In this document: positions 35,791 through 49,592 of the stretch, piece after piece
Numbering within the stretch: the first letter of the stretch is position 1
Layout of the letters: the number at the start of each line of letters is the position of its first letter
Origin: Malacoraja senta
Lineage: Eukaryota
DNA: 64,000 nucleotides
Reading direction: 5' to 3'
Assembly: GCA_038087875.1 (NCBI GenBank)
Contig: CM075992.1
Span: 3,474,001-3,538,000 of the forward strand
The notes under the pieces: model-generated
What the model was told of the DNA's origin: nothing
The model's input: the letters and a program-made list of their open reading frames with translations, nothing else
Databases searched by the model: none
Made by a program: the position numbers and the translations under genes

Positions 35791-38593
35791 GGGGGGGGGG
35801 GGCAAACGATGTTTTTTTCCAGAATCTGGACAATATGGAGTAATCGTTAATATGGAGTAATCTTGACTTTAAAGATACAGCGTGGAAACACGCCCTTCAG
35901 CCTACCGACTCCACACCTACCTGCCATCACCCCACACACAAGCACTGTCCTACACACAAACGAGACGCCATTTGTAATTTGTTTTTTTTAACCAAAGCCA
36001 ATTAACCTGCAAACCCTGTACGTCTTTGGAGTGTGGGAGGAAACCGGAGCACCTGGAGGAAACCCATGTGTTCACGGGGAGAACGTGCAAACTCCTTACA
36101 GGCAGCACCCGTGGTCGGGACCGAACCCGGGATCAGTGGCGCCGTGAGGCAGCAGCTCCACCGTTGCGCCACCCTTCTGTGAATGTGCCATTCTACTGGT
36201 GACTTTGCTGTGATTCCCTGTTGCAGACTGAGGAAGAAAGAGCCTCTATCCGAAATGTCACCTATTTCCTTCGCTCCGTAGATGCTGCCTCACCCGCTGA
36301 GTTTCTCCAGCAATTTTGTCTACCCTGTTGCAGACTTGCATTTTATCCTTAGCCCCCTGTAAGACAGATTGGGAATAACTGCAGACCTAGCAAAAACCTG
36401 TAACAAAATACCTCCCATTGAAGCTACAGGCCGACTGCGACATTGTATTTGATACTTGTACGACCAATTCGTGCTTAAACCCCGATTCATGTTCTAGTTC
36501 GGAAACCTGATCCAGCAACACGCCTGGTATTGTTTATACAATTAAAGATTGTTTCCCAAATGCTGCTTTTCCAATCAATGCTGGGCCTTTTCTATGTGTT
36601 TATGGAGTGATTTGAATAAGATGAACACTGATTGTTCTGCAAGAGTTTAGAAATACAGCATGGAAACAGACCCTTTGGCCCACATTAGTTCTGTTATCCC
36701 ACTTTCTCAACCACTCCCTGCACACTGGGGGCAATTTACATAGATACATAGACAATAGGCGCAGGAGGAGGCCATTCAGCCCTTCGAGCCAGCACTGCCA
36801 TTCAATGTGATCATGGCTGATCATCCACAATCAGTAACCTGTTCCTGCCTTCTCCCCATATCCCTTGATTCTGCTAACCAACCCTGAGGTCTATCCAACT
36901 CTCTTTTGAATGCATCCAGTGAATCGGCCTCCACTGCCTTCTGAGGCAGGGAATTCCACAAATTCACAACTCTCTGTGTGAAAAAGTTTTTTTCCTCATC
37001 TCGGTTCTGAATGGCCTACCCCTTATTCTTAAACTGTGGCCCCTGGTTCTGGATTCCCCCAACATCGGGAACATGTTTCCTGCCTCTAGCCTGTCCAAGC
37101 TCTTGATAATTTTATGTTTCTATACAGAGGTTAGTTAACCTAACACCGGCATGTCTTTGGGATGTGGGAGGAAACCGGAGCGCCCGGAGAAAACCCACAC
37201 GGTCAGTGGGAGAACGTGCAAACTCCACACAGACAGCAAATGCTGATATTGAAGCCGGGTCTTGGTTGCTGTGAGGCAGCAGCTCGACCATCTCTGCTAC
37301 TGTGCAGCACTTAGTTCAACGAATCATCGTTTTCTGCTCCCTGCAGAACTTGGCTCTTGTGACCTCCATTGCCATCTAAATGGAACTGCACTCACTCCAG
37401 TCCAATCAGTTAATTGCTGATGAAGCATCAGTTGCTGCATTACCCAGGCATGGTCGCTCCCTATTGGCGATGCTGCTTGTGTTCCACCTGCCAACAGCAC
37501 AAAAATAGAGCGACTTTGCATTTGTGGGTTGTGCAAAAGAATTTCACTCTGGTGTGAGCTGGTGTGTTAATAAAGAACCATTGATCCTCCACCTTCTCTG
37601 CTAGTTTAGTTTAGAGAGACAGCGCAGAAACAGGCCCTGCGGCCCACTGAGTCCGCACCGACCAGCGATCCCCGCACACTAACACTATCCTACACACACT
37701 AGGGACAATTTACACTTGTACCAAGCCAATTAACCCTACATACCTGTACGTCTTTGGAGTGTGGGAGGAAACTGAACAATATATAAACCATATAATAATA
37801 TTGTCCGAAAAAGGTCTTGATCGGAAATGTCATCCATTCCTTCTCTCCAGAGATGCTGGTAGACAAAAGTGCTGGAGAAACTCAGCGGATGCGGCAGCAT
37901 CTATGGAGCGAAGGAAATGGGCAACGTTTCGGGCCGAAACCCTTCTTCAGACTGTCTCCTCCAGAGATGCTGCCTGTCCCATTACTCCAGCTTTTTTTGT
38001 CTATGTTTTAATTTTTTTTTAATATATACATATGAATGAATAGGTTTATTGACCATGTAGTCACCTACAAGCACCTTATGTAGATGACCTGGAGCGGGGT
38101 CTTACATCGCCCGGCACGGCTTTAAATGGCCGCGGGACTTGCTAGCGCTACCGGGGGCTCCAACATCAAGACCCGGAGCGTGGCCTTGCATCGCCCGGCG
38201 CGGCTTTAATGGCCGCGGGACATATTTACCATCGCCCGCCGGGGGCTTTGACTTTGACATCGGGAGGAGAATGGGGAGTGCAAGGGAGAGACAAGACTTT
38301 GCCTTCCATCACAGTGAGGAGGAGATTCACTGTGATGGATGTTTGTGTAAATTGTGTTGTGTCTTGGTTCTTTTTTACTTGTTTGTATGACTGCAGAAAC
38401 AGAATTTCGTTTGAACTTAGGTTCAAATGACAACAAATAAATTGGATTGTATTGTACAAGGAAATTTGCCTTGGTGTTCCGCCCGCAAGTGACAACATGA
38501 CCTACAGTGACGGTTAGGAATGACGCATAAAACATTAAACATTAACAATAAAACATTATTGATTAAACATGTGAATTAAATAAAATACCAGAG

Positions 38594-38870
38594 CACACAA
38601 ATTCTAAACCGACGCTAGGGTCGGGTGAGCGGGTGTAGGGAAGGGTAGTGGGATATATCTCCGCTTCTTCGTTAGCTCAGGGGTTTTTTCTTCTTTCTTT
38701 TTCGTATCTTTCTTCTTCCTTTTCCTCCTTTCCTTTTTTCCGATTCATTTATCAGTTTATATAATGTTAAAACTGAAGCTGTACGAAAATGGTATAATTG
38801 TTATGTCGATTACTTTCTCCTTGTACAGTTGCTTCTAATAAAATAAATAATAATTAAAAATAATAATTAT
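38594..38870 (+). mobile_element. L1 3' UTR fragment inserted in a Rex/Babar tail
   Basis: Similar to 14305-14329 plus 15561-16140; 15-bp TSD aataaaataccagag. Confidence 0.75.
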
Positions 38871-39192
38871 AATAAAATACCAGAGTAAAAGGAGGCGACA
38901 GATTTTTGGTTATTGAGTAGAGCTACTACTCGTGGAAAAAAGCTGTTTAAAAAAAAAAGCTGTCTGAAGAAGGGTTTCGGCCCGAAACGTTACCTATCTC
39001 CTTCGCTCCATAGATGCTGCTGCACCCGCTGAGTTTCTCCAGCACTTTTGTGTACCTCCTGTTTTTATGTCTGGCTGTGGCAGCTTTGTTTATATATATA
39101 CAATACCATTTATTGTCATTTGAACCTCAAATGAAGTTCAAACGAAATTTGGTTTCTGCAGTCATACAAACAAGTAAAAAGAACCAAGACAC

Positions 39193-39227
<35 letters not shown>

Positions 39228-41207
39228 AGTTCAGAGCCAAATGGAGGTTGTAGTGTTGTACAACGCTGCTGCCCACATCTTTGCTGGTGCTGGATTTAGA
39301 ATGGTGGTGGGCTATGTGGCTCCCTGTGTGTGTGTGTGTGTGTGTTTGGGACTCTGACCCGCTGCTATACGCTTGAACAGATGGCAGATTGTTCCCTCTT
39401 AATCCATCGGCGGAGAATTGATTGGAAGGAGGACTTGACCTTCGTGAATCTAGTGCCGCGGAGAATTGGGGGGGTGGCTGGGAGGGCGATTTAACCACGG
39501 CTCTTGATTGCAGCCCAAGGGCTGGAGCTGTGCGTCTGTGTTTGTCCTGTCTATGAAGCTTGTGTTAGATGCAAGTCCAATGTGCCTGCAGATATCACTA
39601 AGCTGATAAGAACGATGCTAGATCAATCCAGACTGGTCCCGGTGAATTTGAGTGTAGTTTGGAGGTTGATAGTGCAATTAATAAAGCCTTTATCTGAGGA
39701 ATTTTGTGGTTGGCTGCTGTTTGCAAAGCAGTTTGATTTTCGATGGGGTGTGAGATCGGGTGGGGGGGGGGGGGAATGTGGGGATGGGTGGGGGGAATGT
39801 GGGGAATGGTGGGGGGATGTGGGGTGGGGTGGGGGGGGAATGTGGGGATGGGTGGGGGAATGTGTGGGGGGGGGAATGTTGGGGGGATGTGCCACTGAGA
39901 ACATTGGAAGACCTGGCAGGGGCCCCACAAAAACATAGGGGGGCCCGATACTGCTATGTGCGGGGGGCGGTCCTTGTTCATCGCTGCGGGAAGATCGAAC
40001 TGTTCGATTCATTTTGTACGCATTGGAAATGTGGCAACTCTTCGTGAACTTAGGTGAGGTCTGCTGTTTGGGTTTTACTGGATTGTAATTGAGAACAAAG
40101 CCTTCCACTGTACCTAGGTACAGGTGACAATAAGGTATTATCGAACCATTGAAGTTGTGTGTGGTGAAGACAGACACCAAGTGCTGGAGTAACCCAGGGG
40201 GTCAGGCAGCAACTCTGGAGAACGTGGACAGGAACCAATGTCACTGCCATAACAACAGGCCTTCAAGGCCAAGTTAAGACTCTTGTCCGATTTTAAAAAC
40301 TTCAGAAGTTGAAGAGCACAAGTTGGTGCCAGAAACGTGGTGACTCTTTTGTGTTTGGCATCGGGCGGTGCCGGAGACCCGGGTTCGATCCCGACTACAG
40401 GTGCTGTCTGTACGGAGTTTGCATGTTCTCCCTGTGATCTGCGTGGGTTTTCTCCGAGATCTTAGATTTCCTCTCAAAGGTTTGTAGATAAATTGGCTTG
40501 GTGTGTGTAAAAATTGTCCCCAGTGTGTGTGTGTGTGGGATAGTGTTAATGTGCAGGGATCGCTGGTCGGCATGGACCGAAGGGCCTGTTTCCACGCTGT
40601 ATCTCTAAACTAAACAAGTCTACTGTTCTTGCTCTACAATCGTTACACTTTTGTGCTTATCTATATAGAATGACTTTACCAGATTGTATGCAAAACACAT
40701 GATTTCTCTGTAACGAGGTATATGTGGCAATAAAGTCTAATCAAGGTGACATTTTGGGTTCAGACACTTCTTTAGACTGTGTAAGTGTCGCGACTGGAAA
40801 CGTCCAGAAATGATGCCTGGCCCGTTTAGTTACTCCAGCACTTTGTCTGTCGTTTTGTAAACCAGCATCTGCAGTTCCTGGTGACTACATGTAAAAGATG
40901 ATATTTTGTGAGCTTGGTGTTTTGTTGCCTATTGCTTCACCAACGACACACCCGGGAGTACGTGAGCTTTGAAGAACGCTTCAGGGACCCGGTGCAGTAA
41001 TGTGTCTGTCGTTTGTTTGTACCAAGGTGGGGAGTTATTTATTACCCCTCCCCACTCTAAAAAATCTCAGTACACTTTGGATTCCTAATGCATGGACATG
41101 AGGCCCTTCAGCCCAACTTGTGCATGTTGCCCAAGTGTTCCAGTCCCACTGGCATGCACCTGGTCCATATCCCGACCAATCTTTCCTATCCAATCTTTCC
41201 TATCCAT

Positions 41208-41530
41208 CTCCTCCATGGCCACAGCGAGCAACACCGTAAATTGGAGGAAATGCACCTCATATTCCGCTTGAGCAGTCTACATCCTGGGGGCTTGAACATT
41301 GAATTCTCCCAATTCTGCCTACCCTTGCTGTCCCCTCCCTTTCATCAGCCCTCTGGTTGTCTCCTCCCCTCCCCCAGCCCTCGGGCTCCTCCTCCGCCTT
41401 TTTCCTTTTATCCTTTCTTCTCCCCACCCCCTATCAGTCTGAAGAAGGGTTTCGGCCCGAAACGTTGCCTATTTCCTTCACTCCATAGACGCTGCTGCAC
41501 CCGCTGAGTTTCTCCAGCATTTTTGTGTAC
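41208..41530 (+). mobile_element. Penelope-like 3' fragment. Related fragments at 11420-11820-, 45712-46115-, 46790-47325-, 50190-50555-
   Basis: LLHGHSEQHRKLEEMHLIFRL..GGLNIEF plus a hammerhead core; 13-bp TSD ctttcctatccat. Confidence 0.85.
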
Positions 41531-41860
41531 CTTTCCTATCCATTTACCTGCCGTTTCAATGTTGTAACTATTCCTGCCTCTTGCCGCTCATTCCATGTAC
41601 TCCCTATGTGGGAAAAGTTACCCTTCTGGTCCCTTTATATAAATAATCCTTGTCTCACATTAAACCTATGCTGTCTAGTTTTAGGCAAAAGGCTAGTTAT
41701 ACCCCCTGTGACTTTAGAAATCTCTCTGAAGATGTCAAGGGTCTCGGCACAAAACGTCGCTCTATAGATGCTGCCTCACCCGCTGAGTTTCTCCAGCATT
41801 TTTGTCTACTTTAGAAATCTCTCTGGTTGCTTCTTGGCCTCTTGTGCTCCAGGCAAATAA

Positions 41861-42365
41861 AGGGGCTGTCCCACTTGGGCGACCTCATTGGCGAGTTCAG
41901 AAGAGTTTGAAAAAATGACATGTTGAAGACCTCCTTCGACTATGTTGAAGACCAGCTTCGACTAGCTACGACTAACTTCAGGAAAATTGGACACCGAATA
42001 GTGGAGAGTGAAGACGACCTCCTTCGACCTCCCTTCGACTATGGTGAAGACTATCTATGACTACCTTCGACTACCCTCGATTACCTACGACTAACATGCC
42101 GACCTACTACGACTTAACCTACGAGTAAATAAAGTATCAATTTTTTTTTTCCATGGCGACCTTTTTTTACTCACGGGCATTTTTTTTTTAGCATATTGAA
42201 AAAACGCCATGACCTAGCTGAGGCCTCGAGTACGCGGAGACCACTCTCGAGCATGAAGGAGAGTTACGAAGACCTCCTAGGACCTCGTCGACCATGCTGC
42301 GAGTATGAGTCGAGGGCAAACTCGCCAGAACTCGCGGACTAGGTCGCCCAAGTGGGACAGCCCCT
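41861..42365. mobile_element. PIF/Harbinger-like MITE
   Basis: aggggctgtcccacttgggcgacc / ggtcgcccaagtgggacagcccct, TSD taa/taa; internal cgact subrepeats. Confidence 0.85.
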
Positions 42366-42763
42366 TAAGTTCTAACCTCTCCAGTCTCTGTAAATCTCAC
42401 TCCAGTTCTGGTAACATTGTCATTGTCCTCAAATCTATCTTTTTTTTTTTTTTGCAACCCGTCCAGATTAATGAGAGCTAATCTCAGTTTGGCTGAGAGA
42501 CTAATTTGTTGCCTGCATATCTATTTGTTTTATTTTTTATTTGGGTTTTTGGGACAGGAGGTGGTGGGGAAGAGAAAAAAGGGAGGGGGCGGGGGGAAGC
42601 GGGAGAAGGGGGGGGAGGGGAGAGAGTGGAAGAGAAAAGAGTGGGGGGGGGGGAGAGGGGGAAGAGAAAAAGAGTGGGGGGAGGAGAGAGGAGAAGAGAA
42701 AAGAGTGGGGGGGGGGGGGGAGGAGGAGGAGAGAGGGGAAGAGAAAAGAGTGGGGGAGGAGAG

Positions 42764-43618
42764 TTTGAGAGGGGACTGGAGTGCGGCGGTGCGGATTACT
42801 GCAGCGGCCCCTACAGCCTGTCTGTCTTTTATTTTTTTATTTTTGTCTAGTTAAATGTAGTTGTTTGTGTTTTTTAATACTGTTTTTAACTGTGTCTGTG
42901 GGGGGGAACTTAAAAAAAATCTCTTCCCTGCACGGGAGACCCGACCTTTTCCCTGTCGGGTCTCCGTTGTCGTTGGGGCCTAGCTCCGTGGATCGGCCTC
43001 CGACCGGGACGACCTGGGGGGCTCCAGTCGCGGAGCCTGTGGAGCTGCGGACTTACCATCGTGGGGCTGGCCGTCCTCGGAGCGTGAGGAGCGGTGGTGG
43101 CTCGCTGCTGTGGCCCGACTCCGGAGCTCCAGCTGCAGACCCGTGGACTATGATATCAGGAGCTCGCGGGTCCGGGTGAGAGACCGCTTTCCGGAGCTCC
43201 CGCAACGCAATTTCTCCCGCCCGTGTTGCGGGGTTGGAACGACCCGGAGCGGGGCTGTAAATCGCCCGGCGCGGCTTTAATGGCCGCAGGACATTCCAGC
43301 GCCCGCTGGGGGCTCCGACTTGGTGACTTTTGGGCCCGGAGCGAGGCCGTACACCGCCCGGCGCGGCCTCAACGGCCGTGGGACTTAACATTGCCCGCCT
43401 GGGGCTTCAACATCGGGAGAAAAAATGGTGCAGGGGAGAGAAATGACTTTGCCTTCCATCACAGTGAGGAGGAGATTCACTGTGATAGATGTTTTTCTGT
43501 AGATTGAATTGTTTGTGTGTCGTGTAGGAATTGTTTTGTTTGTATGGCTGTGGAAACGGAGTTTCGTTTGAGCCTCTTTGAGGTTCAAATGACAAGAAAT
43601 AAAATCTAATCTAATCTA
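42764..43618 (+). mobile_element. GC/CpG-rich non-coding retroposon with a Rex/Babar-like tail (shorter copy at 38085-38450)
   Basis: Shared subrepeats atcgcccggcgcggctttaatggccgc, hairpin ccatcacagtga..tcactgtgat, tail ggttcaaatgacaa..aataaa(tctaa)n. No credible ORF. Confidence 0.65.
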
Positions 43619-43854
43619 AAGAGAAGAGTGGGGGGGAGGAGGACAGAGGGGAAGATAAAATATGGCTGTCGTGTCGAGAGATGAGACGGTGCAGGGGAAT
43701 TATAGTGCCAGCAATTTATCCTAATGCATTAGGACTGCTGTTGGTCGTGCGTCTACAGCTAATACGAATGCTTGGTAACCCTTGACTCTGAAGCCTGCTT
43801 TAAGCTAGCAGATGGAGTGGTGGTGACCTGTTCCCATTTCATACCGCACCCACT

Positions 43855-44020
43855 GGGGTGAAGGATAGAGCGTTCACGTCGCGGCCCTGTATCCACCAAT
43901 CTTTCCACCACCACCGCTCACAAGAAGCGACAAGACAGACACCATTGTGTGCAGGTGCCGAGATGTGTGTTCAGCTCTGGCTGGACAACTTCTAATCTTG
44001 TGTGGGGACTCGATAAGAAG
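43855..44020 (+). mobile_element. Ribozyme-headed short retroposon, family D (older, degenerate)
   Basis: HDV-like fold at 43855-43906 (P1 GGGGUG/GGCCCU, P2 GGAUAGA/UCUUUCC, P3 GCG/CGC, L3 UUCACGU, J4/2 CCAA). Tail ggactcgataagaag; degenerate TSD accgcacccact / actgcaccact. Confidence 0.72.
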
Positions 44021-44359
44021 ACTGCACCACTGTTTCCCCGCCTTGTCACTGTGCATGAACTGATATTCAATTGGACATAATTGCCTTTGCTGTCGTGCTC
44101 ATTATTTCATCAGGACCTCAACAATATTTAGTTGTGTGATGTGCACAGACTAAATAGCCAGTGGCGATGGCAAGTTGCCAAAACCAGTCGGCAGGAAACG
44201 TTTAAACCATGTTACCCGCTGCTGAATGGTAATGCACTAATGCCTCTGTAGTTTCTGTTCAGATTTAGTGTAGAGATACAGCGCGGAAACGGGCCCTTCA
44301 ACTCACCGAGTCCGTGCCGACCGGCAATCCCCACACACTAACACTATCCTACACGCTAA

Positions 44360-44525
44360 AGCCCCTGTCCCACTTTCCCAAGTTACTCACAAATTCTCCC
44401 GAGTTTTCCCCTTGATTCAAACTCGGAGAATGTCGTAGGAGTCCGTAGGAGTCCGTAGATGTACTCGGGGCATCGGGTAAGTCGGGATGTTTTTTCAGCA
44501 TGTTGAAAAAATGTCCACGAGTTAA

Positions 44526-44615
<90 letters not shown>

Positions 44616-44707
44616 CCCTGAGTACCTACAGCTGGCATCTCCGAGTTTGAATCGAGGGGAAAACTCAGGAGAATTCGTGAGTAACTCGGGAAAGTGGGAC
44701 AGGGGAT
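44360..44707. mobile_element. PIF/Harbinger-like MITE containing a (TA)n expansion (44528-44613)
   Basis: Long TIRs, TSD taa/taa. Confidence 0.82.
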
Positions 44708-44749
44708 TAAGGCTTCATAAGTAACCTGAGACAATCGCCATTGAATGCC

Positions 44750-45410
44750 AAACTTCTACAGATGTGCCATAGAAACATTTTATCAGGATGCATCACAGCA
44801 CGGTTTGGAACAGCTCCGTCCAAGAACGCAAGAAATTGCAGCGAGTTGTGGGGCCCAGACCAGACCATCACCCAAACAAACCTTCCTTCCATTGACTCCA
44901 TTTATACCTCACTCGGCCTCGGCAAGGCCAGCAGCATCATCAAGGACGAGTCGCAACTTGGTCACTCCCTCTTCTCCCCCCTCCCATCAGGCAAAATATA
45001 TAGATGTGTGAAAATGCACACCTCTAGATTCAGGGACCCGAAACATTACCCATTCCTTCTCCAGAGATGCTGCCTGTCCCGCTGAGTTACTCCAGCATTT
45101 TGTGTCTATCTTCGGTTTCAACCAGCATCTGCAGTTCCTTCCTACACAGTTTTTTTCCCAGCTATTATCAGGGAACTGAATCCTCCTACCACAACCAGAG
45201 AGCAGTCCTGAACTACTATCTACCTCATTAGTGACCCTTGGGACTATCTTTTATCGGACTTTGCTGGCTTTACCTTACACAAAACGTTATTCCCTTATCA
45301 TGTATCGCTGTGACTGTCTCGATTGTAATCGTATATTGTCTTTCCGCTGACTGGTTAGCACGCAACAAAAGTGTGTACCTCGATACACGTGACACTAAAC
45401 TGAAACTTGA
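44750..45410 (+). mobile_element. Rex1/Babar-like LINE 3' fragment, interrupted by a PLE piece
   Basis: NFYRCAIE.ILSGCITARFG..LPSIDSIY..KASSIIKD..FSPLPSGK. Confidence 0.75.
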
Positions 45411-45481
45411 AGTACGTGTTGGAGTGTGTAGGAAGGAACACCGAAGTTTACACCAAAGATAGACACAAGAAGCTGGAGTAA

Positions 45482-45707
45482 AGGGCCTGTCCCACTTTCA
45501 TGACCTATTCACGACCTCTGCCGAGTTTGCCTTGACTCGTACTCACAGCATGGTCGTCACGAGGTCGTAGGTAGGTCGTAGCAGGCGGTGATGCTAGTCG
45601 TAGGTACTCGTGGCATCAAGTAGGTCGGGGCGTTTTTCTAACATGATGAAAAATGTCCACGAGTAAAAAAAGGTCGTGAATTAGGTCATGAAAGTGGGAC
45701 GGGCCCT
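45482..45707. mobile_element. PIF/Harbinger-like MITE (same family as 54826-55379)
   Basis: agggcctgtcccacttt...aaagtgggacgggccct; TSD taa/tga within ctggag-taa-ctcagc. Confidence 0.82.
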
Positions 45708-48700
45708 TGACTCAGCGGGATAGGCAGCATCTCTGGAGGAAAAGGAATGGGTGACGTTTCGGGTCGAGACCCTTCTTCAGACTGGTCAGGGATAAGGGAA
45801 ACAAGAGATATAGACCATGATGTGAGAGATAAAGAACAATGAATGAAAGATATGCAATAAAGTAATGATGACAAGGAAACCGGCCATTGTTAGCTGTTTG
45901 TTGGGTGAAAACGAGAAGCTGTGCGACTTGGGTGGGGGAGGGATAGAGCGGGAGGGGAATGCAGGGGCTTCCTGAAGTGAGAGAAATCAATATTCAAACC
46001 ACTGGGCTGTAAGCTGCCCAAGCGAAATATAAGATGCTGTTCCTCCAATTTGCGTTTAGCCTCACTCTGACATCGGAGGAGACCGAGGACAGAAAGGTCT
46101 GTGTGGAATGGGAAGGAAAGTTTCCTCTTTCTGTTTTTGGGACATATGACAATAAGACACTCTCTTGTGTGTGTATGAGCAGGAATGTTAATGGTTCCAG
46201 AATTCCTCTGACATGTTTGAGACTCGGGTGACTGAATGCAGGAAACATCCTGCCACTCCAAGGGTGACAGGGTTTCCCTGTCAGCGAGTGAACAATCTAT
46301 TCAGTCATTATCCATATGTAGCTGAAGGCATAAACTGTCAGTCCCCTTTTTATTCCCCTCCTAGTTTTGGTTTTAGCGATTCAGCGCGGGAACAGGCCCT
46401 TCGGCCCACTGAATCTGCACCGTGCAGCGATCCCCGCACATTAACACTATCTCTCACACACACACACACACACACACACACAACACACACAACAATTTAC
46501 ACATACACCAAGCCAATTAACCTACAAACCTGTACGTCTTAGGAATGTGGGAGGAAACGGAAGATCTCGGAGAAAACCCACGGGGAGAACGTACAAACTC
46601 CGTACCGACAGCACCCGTAGTCGGGATCGAACCCAGATCTCTGGCGCTGTAAGGCAGCAACTCTACCGCTGCGCCACCGTACCGCCCCCTAACCCGCTGA
46701 GTTCCTTCTCCAGATATTTTTGTCACTTATTGAAGCCTACATTTTTTATCCATGTGTTTTGTTCCATTAATTGTGAAGATAGACACAAAGCTGGAGTAAC
46801 TCGGCGGGTCAGGCAGCATCTCTGGAGAATAGGGATGGGTGACAATTCGGATCGAAGCCCTTCTTTGGACTGAGAGTCGGGGGGGAAAGGGAAACGAGAG
46901 ATATAGACGGTGCATAGAACAAATGAATGAAAGCGATGCAGAAAGCAGCGATGTTTCAAGGATAGGTAGATCCCACAATGGTCCATTGTTGGCTGTGGGC
47001 CAGGTGATAACGAGATGCTCAGATACTCAGCAGGACGACAGTGCAACTAGGGTGGGGGAGGGATGGAGAGAGAAAGGGGATGCAAGGGCTACTTGAAGTT
47101 AGAGAAATCAATGTTAATACCGCTGGGGTGTCAGCTGCCCAAGTGAAATATGAGGAGCTGTTCTCCAATTTGCATTGGGCCTCACTCTGACAAAGTAGGA
47201 GGCCCAGGACAGAAAGGTCAGTGTGGGAATGGGAAGGGTTTGGCAACCGGGAGATCACATAGGCCAAGGCAGACTGAGCGGAGGAGGTGTTCAGTGAAAC
47301 GATCGTACAGCCTGCGTTTGGTTCCTTCCTTTACAGTTATTGTACTGAATTCTAATTTTTTTTTTTTAAATATTTTTTTTTTTAAAGCAAGACCTTTCTT
47401 CAGACCTGAAACGTCACCGATTCCTTGTTTCCAGAGATGCTGCCTGACCCGCTGAGTTAGTCCAGCTTTTTGTGTCTAAGGTGTAAGCCAGCATCTGTGG
47501 TTACCTCAGGGACTCTACATTTCACAGCACAGATTGGACTATGCAGCTTATCTGTTCTCACACCAGCTTGTCCTTGTTAAGCTGCCCATTACATCTCTAT
47601 TTTCTCAACTCCCTCGGGGAGAGTCCAATATTCACATGCTCTCTGACTTAATTTTGAATGGAATTTGGTGACCATTGTACATGGAAGTCCTCCCCTCCAT
47701 CACCCCTACTTACACCTCTATCATCTGCTATGCCCCTTAATACGTTTGCATGTCACGCCCTCTGGGTTTGCTCTTCATATTTCTTCTTTCCCACCTAATT
47801 GCCTACTTTCCATTGATGAAGATCATCCTCTCACCTCTTGGGTGAGGTGAAAGCAACCCCATGACCTCCGAGACCATGTCAAATCTCCATTTAGTCCTTT
47901 CTTGATTAGTACGGGTGTCGGGGAGAAGGCAGGAGAATGGGGTTGAGAGGAGAGCTAGATCAGCCATGATTGAATGGCGTGGTAGACTTGATGGCAGAAC
48001 GGCTTAATTCTGCTCCTTATGAACTATGAACCAGTTTTGTCCCAAACCAAATAAAAAGTGGTGGCGCAGCGGTAGAGTTGCTGCCTCACAGCGTCGGAGA
48101 CCCGGGTTCGATCCTGACTACGGGTGCTGTCTGCAAGAAGTTTGTACGTTCTCCCCGTGACCTGCGTGGGTTTTCTCTGAGATCTTCGGTTTCCTCCCAC
48201 ACTCCAAAGACGTACAGGTTTGTAGGTTAATTGGCTTGGTATAAATGTAAAAATTGTCCCTAGTGTGTGTGTGTGTAGTGTTAATGTGCGGGGATCGCTG
48301 GTCGGCACGGACCCGGTGGGCGAAGGGCTTGTTTCCGCGCTGTATCTCTAAACTAAACCTGACTATAATCTAATCTTGCCCCGATGTTACCATATTTGTT
48401 CAGTGATTGCAAGGTTGAAGAGCACTATAATATAAAATGCCAATCCCTCTGAAAAATGCAACAAATGTACTTGTTGCAAAACCTGACTACCTGGTTTGTG
48501 TGTGTGTGTGTGGCATGCTTTTGCCTGGGTTCCTGTCTTGGTTCTTTTTACTTGTTTGTATACTGCAGAAACCAAATTTTCGTTTGAACTTCGGTTCAAA
48601 TGACAACAAATAAATTGTATCATCCTCTGTCATTGCAGGCAAACTGTGCATATTTCCAAATCGAGGGGTGGGGAGTGCTGGAGTAACGTGGATGGTGGGG

Positions 48701-49592
48701 TTTTGGGTCGAGTCGCTTGTTTAGTAGTTTAAAGATACAGCGCGGAAACAGGCCCTTCGGCCCACCGAGTCCGTACCGACCAGCGATCCCCGCACACTAA
48801 CACTATCCTACACACACTAGGGACAATTTACAATTACACCAAGCCAATAACCTACAAACCTGTTCGCCTTTGGAGTGTGGGAGGAAACCGAAGATCTTGG
48901 AGAAAACCCACGCAGGTCACGGGGAGAACGTGCAAACTCCGTACAGACAGCACCCGTAGTCGGGATCGAGGGCAGCAACTCTACCGATGCGCCACCCTGC
49001 TGTGGTTTGCAGGTTAATTGGCTTCTGTAAATTGCCCCTTAGTGTGTAGGATGGGAAAGTGGGATAATGTAGAACTAGTGTAGGGGTGACATGGTCAGTG
49101 TGGACTCAATGGGCCAAAGGGCCTGTTTGCACACTATTTATATATATATATTTTTTAACTTACTGCAAAATGATTTTTCAGCTGCTGTTTATACAATTAA
49201 TCTGTTATAGAGCTTGGAGTGTCTGCAACATATGTTTGGTGTGTGAAATCTCTGGCCTCTTTCAAACACCCAATTGCTATCCCCTCCCCTTGCCTTCCCA
49301 ACGTCTGAGGTTGTGTAATTCTAGGGAGAAGCGACAAATGATTATGGGGTTGTCATTAAGAATCGGCTGTCTAAATATTTGCCCAATGAAGTGCTGGGTG
49401 AGCTGCCAGTGCATATTATGCTTCTCGGTCATTAACTCCAGACGCCTGCTTCAACAGCGTGTGAAGGTTAATTTATCTGAAGTGTTCACAGTGGTACTGG
49501 GTGGTGAGAGAAACCTACCTTGCATTATTTGTGTCGGAAGGAACTGCAGATGCTGGTTTACATCGCAGATGGACACAAAATGCTGGAGTAAC

